From NCBI RefSeq assembly GCF_000011805.1, contig NC_006841.2: a stretch of DNA of 32,000 nucleotides. One strand, written 5' to 3'. Positions 26,828 through 32,000 of the stretch are shown here, one piece after another. The position numbers and the translations under genes were made by a program. Source of the stretch: Aliivibrio fischeri ES114. Its GTDB lineage: Bacteria > Pseudomonadota > Gammaproteobacteria > Enterobacterales > Vibrionaceae. Numbering within the stretch: position 1 is the stretch's first letter; every line of letters begins with the position of its first letter. The notes beneath the pieces are model-generated. The model ran no database searches, was not told the DNA's origin, and saw only the letters and a program-made list of their open reading frames with translations.

Positions 26828-28551
26828 GAATGAAATCGTGTATTCGTTTTGTATGCATTAGCTTTTTATTTATTACCTCAATTGTTTTCGCGCAAACGTC
26901 GTTGCAGTTGGACCAAATGTCTTTTACTGCGGAATTAGAGCAACGACTTAATAGCGATATTGAACGAATTGCAGGTAAGAATATACATGTGCTTTCTATT
27001 CAGGCTGAGTTTATTCGTGAGGAGGTTGATGCTTCAACATCTAAACCGATAGTTGCTAAACAAAAACCAGAAGTAAAAAACGTTATTATGGATGATGCTC
27101 CTGAGCTTCCAGGCTTAGCAGGCATGTCTGCTTTCAATAAGAATACTGCTGCAAAAGTGTCGACAGTAAGCGAGGAAGTAGAGCAGCAAGAAGATGCGTT
27201 AGATAATGAACAAGTATCTAAAACGGAGAAAATGATCCGTTCTTTATCAACTACATTGTTATTAGATAATAGTGTGGATAAAGATACAGAGTTGCTTATT
27301 CGCAATCTGTTACTTGAGAAGTTGGAATACAACCCAATGAGAGGGGATCGTCTTGAGATTATTCGGATGGATATGGCTCCTGTATCAGAAATAACGGGAT
27401 CATCTATCGCACACTATTGGTGGGTGTTGGTTTTATTATTACTATTATTAGTTATTGGTTACTTACTTGCACGTAATCGTAAAGTATCTACAAAAGAAGT
27501 GGGTGTTAATGAAGTAAGTTCATTGCCTCCAATGCCTGAGCAATTGTTAGATACGAAAAAAGGCGAACTGAAAGCGTGTCGACAACAATTGGTTAAGTAC
27601 AGTTTGAGTGAACCTCAAAAAGTAGATGCGGTACTTCGTCGTTTAAGTTTGAATGAACAAAATATCCCTATGTTCGCTTCTTGTTATCAGGAACTAGGAC
27701 GTTCGTTGTTTACTTCAATGTTTCCTGCGTTAAATGAACATATTCCAGCGTATTTGAAGTATTTAGAAACGAACCCTGCTGATTATGATCGCTTGGTGAG
27801 AGATTTAACGGATTTACAATATTTATTAGTTGATGCGGTTTCTTCTGAGCAATTTGAACATCGCAGTCGACCATTTTCGTTTTTAGATAAATTGAGTATT
27901 AATCAAATTCGTTGGGTATTAGATGATGAGCCATTGCGCATTAAAGCATTAGTCTTAAGCCAATTGCCATCAGAAAGCTCAGCTAAGTTCTTATCAACGT
28001 TTACGGCTGAAGAACAAGCATTAATAGCAATAGAGATAGTTCAGTTTGATTCCATGCCAATGGCGACATTTGGTGAGATTGCCTCATCACTTGCTGCTAA
28101 AGCTCAATCGGTACCTGATTTTGAAACTGTAAGAACCGATGGTAATCAAATGTTGATGTCGTTACTTGATGGAATGAATTTACGTCAGCAAAACGATTTG
28201 TTAGATCAGCTAAGAGTGTCTTCGCCAGAAGCATATTTAAATCTACGTAAGGTGTACTACATTTTTGATGACGTGCTTAGAACGCCAACAGTCATTTTAA
28301 GCAATATATTACGCAGTATGAATCCTGAAATTTTAGCATTAGCGTTGATTAATTTAGATGATGAACAAGTCGCAGTCATTCTTTCAGGATTCCCTGAACG
28401 TATGATTGAAATGATTAAAGCTGAAATGGTGCGTTATAAAGATGCGTCGTATGATGAGCAAAACTCAGCAAAACAACAAGTTGTGATGTTAATGCGCCAA
28501 GCTATTGGAAATAAACAATTTACAATGAATGATTTGGAGTCTGTAGCATGA
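26812..28551 (+). CDS. Bitopic inner-membrane protein: miniaturised FliF-like N-terminal part fused to a full-length FliG-like cytoplasmic part
   Basis: The alternative start ATG 26830 (MKSCIRF) gives an N-terminal signal/anchor helix. A second TM lies at aa about 201-220. C-terminal aa about 355-570 are collinear with FliG middle and C-terminal domains (FSFLDKLSINQIRWVLDDEPLRIKALVLSQLP; YYIFDDV in place of MFxFEDL; ILRSMNPEILALALINLDDEQVAVILSGFPERMIEMIKAEM). N-terminal segments match FliF landmarks (ELEQRLNSDIERIAGKNIHV; NPMRGDRLEIIRMDMAP just before the TM; SEPQKVDAVLRRL after it). Confidence 0.7.
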   Translation: MVGKIRMKSCIRFVCISFLFITSIVFAQTSLQLDQMSFTAELEQRLNSDIERIAGKNIHVLSIQAEFIREEVDASTSKPIVAKQKPEVKNVIMDDAPELPGLAGMSAFNKNTAAKVSTVSEEVEQQEDALDNEQVSKTEKMIRSLSTTLLLDNSVDKDTELLIRNLLLEKLEYNPMRGDRLEIIRMDMAPVSEITGSSIAHYWWVLVLLLLLLVIGYLLARNRKVSTKEVGVNEVSSLPPMPEQLLDTKKGELKACRQQLVKYSLSEPQKVDAVLRRLSLNEQNIPMFASCYQELGRSLFTSMFPALNEHIPAYLKYLETNPADYDRLVRDLTDLQYLLVDAVSSEQFEHRSRPFSFLDKLSINQIRWVLDDEPLRIKALVLSQLPSESSAKFLSTFTAEEQALIAIEIVQFDSMPMATFGEIASSLAAKAQSVPDFETVRTDGNQMLMSLLDGMNLRQQNDLLDQLRVSSPEAYLNLRKVYYIFDDVLRTPTVILSNILRSMNPEILALALINLDDEQVAVILSGFPERMIEMIKAEMVRYKDASYDEQNSAKQQVVMLMRQAIGNKQFTMNDLESVA

Positions 28552-29330
28552 TCTCATTCAGTACTATTACCGGCTTATTGATGGCGTTTGGTGTATTAAT
28601 TGGTGCAGTAACAATGAGTACCGATAAATACATGTTATTTGTGAGTTTATCGAGTTTTCTTATTGTGCTTGGTGGAACATTAACTGCGGCGTTAATCAGT
28701 TATTCATACCCACTTATTTTGTCTTCGTTTAAAGGGTTACTTGTTAACTTGCTTGACGAGACAAACGTGACGAAATTTAAGCACGCATCAATCAAAAGAA
28801 CAGTTGAATGGAATCAGATCTTTCGATCAAGCGGCATGTCGGGTTTAGAAAATTCGTTAAATGATAATGAAAAAAATGACCCATTTATCCGTTTAGGTGT
28901 AGAACTTATTGGAACTGGTTATAAAGGTGAAGAGCTTAAAAAATTACTAGATGAAAGTAATCATAGTCAATATAAGCAAGAAATGACGCAAGCTGAGGTC
29001 TTAAACTCAATGGGTACTTATGCACCTGGTTTTGGCATGATTGGTACATTGATTGGTTTGATTATTATGCTTGATAATTTAAATGGTGATATGGCTGCTT
29101 TAGGTAATGGTTTAGCTGTTGCTTTATTGACGACTCTCTATGGCATTTTATTAGCTCAAGTGTTTTTCAAACCCGCAGCAATTCGTATTAGTCGTCGAGT
29201 AAATACCAATTTTGATAATCGTGAAATGCAAATTAATGCGTTTGTATTAATGACAGAAAAACGTCCTGATTTGTACTTACAAGATTCAATGAATGTACAT
29301 TTGCCGTTTAAGAAAAGGTTAGCGTCTTAA
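28548..29330 (+). CDS. Flagellar-type stator A subunit homolog (MotA/PomA family ion channel protein)
   Basis: 260 aa with 2+2 TM helices around a roughly 100-aa cytoplasmic loop. The TM3-TM4 region is near-collinear with remembered Vibrio PomA (APGFGMIGTLIGLIIML ... GLAVALLTTLYGILLAQVFFKPAA). The ATG overlaps the upstream stop (ATGA). Confidence 0.85.
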   Translation: MISFSTITGLLMAFGVLIGAVTMSTDKYMLFVSLSSFLIVLGGTLTAALISYSYPLILSSFKGLLVNLLDETNVTKFKHASIKRTVEWNQIFRSSGMSGLENSLNDNEKNDPFIRLGVELIGTGYKGEELKKLLDESNHSQYKQEMTQAEVLNSMGTYAPGFGMIGTLIGLIIMLDNLNGDMAALGNGLAVALLTTLYGILLAQVFFKPAAIRISRRVNTNFDNREMQINAFVLMTEKRPDLYLQDSMNVHLPFKKRLAS

Positions 29331-29972
29331 ATGAATAGAACAAGACCCAAGGTTGAGTTGAAAGACGATAATGATTGGATGATGACATACAGTGATGCCA
29401 TCACATTATTATTGGCCTTTTTTGTTCTGATTGTTGCTGTTTCTCAAGTGAATGAAGGTAAGTTAGAAGAACTAAAAGATGGATGGGGAAAAGTGGTTGA
29501 TACTGCGGCTCACCTGCCTATGCAAGAGCTAACCGCCGATATTCAGGAGATAGTTGAGCAAAAGAATTTAGATTCTGTCGTGGTCACGGCTGTCACCGAT
29601 GGTATACGAATTGATCTTAATAGTGAAAATTTGTATGACTCAGGTTCAGCATCTTTAAAGCCTGAAGGTAAAGCTCTTATTTCTGAATTTGCAGAAGCGA
29701 TGAAAGAGGTCGATTTAAATGGTCGTTCTATTATCGTTGAAGGGCACAGTGATGATTTACCCATTCATACAAAGCAGTTTGATAGTAATTGGGAGCTTTC
29801 TGGAGCAAGAGCCATAGAAGTGACTAAGCAATTGATCAAATTTAATGTGGATAAATCACAATTAAGAGCGGTGGCGTATGCGGATGCACAACCTCGGGCG
29901 GATAAAGCATTACCGATAGAACAACAGCGTCAATTAAATCGACGTGTTGTGATTTATATTAAAAGAAATTAA
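29331..29972 (+). CDS. Flagellar-type stator B subunit homolog (MotB/PomB family, OmpA-like peptidoglycan-binding domain)
   Basis: 213 aa. Single TM with the conserved channel Asp (WMMTYSDAITLLLAFFVLIV) and a C-terminal OmpA/MotB domain (GHSDDLPI ... NWELSGARA ... NRRVVIYI). It starts immediately after the motA-like stop (TAAATG). Confidence 0.85.
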   Translation: MNRTRPKVELKDDNDWMMTYSDAITLLLAFFVLIVAVSQVNEGKLEELKDGWGKVVDTAAHLPMQELTADIQEIVEQKNLDSVVVTAVTDGIRIDLNSENLYDSGSASLKPEGKALISEFAEAMKEVDLNGRSIIVEGHSDDLPIHTKQFDSNWELSGARAIEVTKQLIKFNVDKSQLRAVAYADAQPRADKALPIEQQRQLNRRVVIYIKRN

Positions 29973-30004
29973 AACAACAATAGCTGGCTAGCTGTAAATA
30001 AAGC

Positions 30005-30036
30005 AAAGCGCTCTAAATATAGAGCGCTTTTTTTAT
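30005..30036. terminator. Bidirectional rho-independent terminator between the motB-like gene and the convergent molybdoenzyme gene
   Basis: AAAGCGCTCT-AAATAT-AGAGCGCTTT hairpin flanked by an A-rich run on the left and TTTTTTT on the right. Confidence 0.8.
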
Positions 30037-30077
30037 AAGAAATGAATGCTTATCCCATTCTATGAATGATATTGGGA

Positions 30078-32000
30078 TTACCCATTCATTGGTGGGGTAA
30101 ACGCCGTTAATGTTGGTGCAACACCTGTGAATTTTTCAATTTTCACAACACCAGAATTACCACAGTTACCGTTACCTAGACGTGATGTTGGTATATCCAT
30201 AGTTAATACGTTTGGACCACCGTTTTTACACATACCTGTTTTAGGATCTAAGTCAGGCCATGCACCTTCATGGATACATACACTGCCTTTTTTGATGCCA
30301 TCAGAAACATGAGCACCAACCAAAACTTGCCCACGTTGGTTGTAAGCACGAACTAAGTCGCCATCTTTAATACCACGAGCTTTAGCATCTTCTGGGTGAA
30401 TCGTAATTGGTTCACGATCTTGGATTGCATACTCTTTACGAAGATCAGCATAGTTAAATTGGCTGTGTAAACGATGAGCAGAGTGCGACGTCATTAATTG
30501 AAGTTCGCCATCGGTGTAGTTGAACATCCATTCTGTTGGTTCCATCCATACAGGGTGTGGAGGACAATCATCTAACTTAAAGCCTTCGATGGTTTTTGAG
30601 AAGATCTCAATTTTACCACTTGGTGTACCTAGTGGATTCATGATTGGATCTTTACGGAAGTCACCAAAACGAACAAACTCGGCATTCTTTGCGTTCCATT
30701 TCATTTCGATAAGTTGGTTTGCTTCCCAGAACTTAGTGAAATTCATCATTGGAACACGTGCGTTTCGTCCACCTTTTTGAGCTGCTTTATAGAAATCACG
30801 AAGCCATTCCATCTCCGTTTTATTTTCCATATATACATTACGACCACCTGGTTTTAAATGTTCAGCCATATCTGCGAAAACATCTAAATCGTTACGTGCT
30901 TCATGTTGTGGCTCAACAACTTGTTTCATTGGAACTAGGTGTTGGTTAGAGTAGTCACCTGTCATCGTCATGTCATTACGCTCAAATGAGGTAGTGATTG
31001 GAAGAACGATATCCGCATGCTTTGCAGCAGCAGTCCAATATGGTTCTGAAATAACGATCAGTTCAGGTTTTTGCCACGCTTTAATCAAACGGTTGGTATC
31101 TTGGTGATGTGTAAAGTTTGCACCGCCTGCCCACCAAATCATTTTTAACTCAGGGAAAGTTAATGTATGGCCATTGTGTTGATATTGAGTTCCCGGTTTT
31201 TCTAAACATTCAACAATACGCGCAACAGGGAAAGCCGTTACTGAACCTTGAACTGCCCAATCGTTACCTGCTGATGAGCCACCGCCTAATGACGCTGACA
31301 TTGCTGGTAATACACCTGCATCACGTGTTGGGTTACCACCATTAGAGTAGTGGTATGAGTAACCAAAACCACCGCCCGGTAGTCCAACTTGACCAAGCAT
31401 AGAAGCAAGAACGGTTAGCATCCAGTGACGTTGTTCACCATGTTGTTGACGTTGCATACCCCAACCAGCCATAAGCATCGTGCGGTTTTCTTTGAAGATC
31501 TTAGCCAGCAATTCCATCTGTTTTGCTGGTACGCCACAAATCGCTTCTGCCCATTGTGGTGATTTCTCAATACCGTCTTCTTTACCCATTAAGTAAGTTT
31601 CAAATTGCTCGAAGCCCACAGTGTACTTAGAAAGGAATTCAGTATCGTGCTGCTGTGTTTTAACTAATTGATGAGCGATACCCATCATCATTGCCACATC
31701 TGATTGTGGGTTCGGTGCAATCCATTGTGCATTATCACCAAAGAATTCAGCAGTTTCTGAACGCATTGGGTCAATAATGATGATGGTTTTGCCTGATTTT
31801 TTCAGTTGATGGAAAAACTCAAGGCCTTGCCCGTCTGTTGAAGACCATGCAATTTTTAGTGTGTTTAATGGGTTTAGACCCCATAACACAACCACTTCAC
31901 TGTTTTCTAAAATAACAGGATAAGTAGTTTGTTGTTCATATACTTCGATAGAACCAACAACGTGTGGCATGATAACTTGAGCTGCACCTGTTGAGTAATC
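30078..32000 (-). CDS. torA: Molybdopterin oxidoreductase of the DMSO reductase family, TMAO reductase (TorA)-like; 5' end outside window
   Basis: The minus-strand ORF is open to the window edge. It is collinear with remembered TorA/DorA blocks ([68 protein letters not shown]). The periplasmic TorA call over TorZ or BisC cannot be confirmed because the N-terminal Tat signal region is off-window. Confidence 0.7.
   Translation of the reverse strand, partial: DYSTGAAQVIMPHVVGSIEVYEQQTTYPVILENSEVVVLWGLNPLNTLKIAWSSTDGQGLEFFHQLKKSGKTIIIIDPMRSETAEFFGDNAQWIAPNPQSDVAMMMGIAHQLVKTQQHDTEFLSKYTVGFEQFETYLMGKEDGIEKSPQWAEAICGVPAKQMELLAKIFKENRTMLMAGWGMQRQQHGEQRHWMLTVLASMLGQVGLPGGGFGYSYHYSNGGNPTRDAGVLPAMSASLGGGSSAGNDWAVQGSVTAFPVARIVECLEKPGTQYQHNGHTLTFPELKMIWWAGGANFTHHQDTNRLIKAWQKPELIVISEPYWTAAAKHADIVLPITTSFERNDMTMTGDYSNQHLVPMKQVVEPQHEARNDLDVFADMAEHLKPGGRNVYMENKTEMEWLRDFYKAAQKGGRNARVPMMNFTKFWEANQLIEMKWNAKNAEFVRFGDFRKDPIMNPLGTPSGKIEIFSKTIEGFKLDDCPPHPVWMEPTEWMFNYTDGELQLMTSHSAHRLHSQFNYADLRKEYAIQDREPITIHPEDAKARGIKDGDLVRAYNQRGQVLVGAHVSDGIKKGSVCIHEGAWPDLDPKTGMCKNGGPNVLTMDIPTSRLGNGNCGNSGVVKIEKFTGVAPTLTAFTPPMNG

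Noticed and set aside
28548-29972. MotAB-like pair as a Zorya-type anti-phage system, or as an ExbBD/TolQR energiser
   Set aside because: ZorA carries a very long C-terminal tail and comes with ZorC/ZorD-type genes. Here the A subunit is only 260 aa and no such partners exist. ExbB and TolQ lack the 4-TM MotA layout, and ExbD and TolR lack the OmpA-like peptidoglycan domain. No TonB or TolA-like gene is adjacent. The sequence is closest to PomA/PomB, and the adjacent FliG-like protein points to flagellar ancestry.
1-32000. Whether the window is a mobile genomic island, prophage or CRISPR/defence locus
   Set aside because: There are no integrase, transposase or recombinase genes, no tRNA attachment site, no flanking direct repeats, no phage structural genes and no short regularly spaced repeats. 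The only large repeat is the MCP tandem duplication.

Overview
AT-rich gammaproteobacterial DNA. Protein similarities look Vibrionaceae (Aliivibrio/Vibrio-like); this taxon call is an inference. No rRNA, tRNA, CRISPR array, transposase or integrase was seen. Order of content: (1) the 3' end of a FecCD/FhuB-type permease gene, then a complete aerobactin cluster iucABCD-iutA with a good Fur box; (2) qmcA-ybbJ (SPFH/NfeD pair); (3) three tandem methyl-accepting chemotaxis protein (MCP) genes. The first has a decayed signalling domain. The other two share a 1,007-bp 3' tract in which I counted only synonymous differences, while their periplasmic sensor cores differ. (4) A small membrane protein, a HIBADH-family dehydrogenase and a DUF3087-like membrane protein; (5) a divergent ArsP-like permease / ArsR-family repressor pair with duplicated 7-10-7 inverted repeats, followed by ogt; (6) a CusRS-type two-component system plus a small secreted protein whose promoter carries a perfect ATGACA-N4-TGTCAT palindrome; (7) a CpxRA-like two-component system; (8) the most interesting part, a tightly coupled five-gene operon (25223..29972). 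It encodes a secreted protein with an outer-membrane barrel-like C-terminus, a periplasmic TPR protein, a membrane protein that reads as a miniaturised FliF fused to a full-length FliG-like domain, and a PomA/PomB-type stator pair. No other flagellar genes are nearby. (9) The 3' part of a TorA-like molybdoenzyme gene on the minus strand. All homology calls come from reading the translations by eye; no searches were run.
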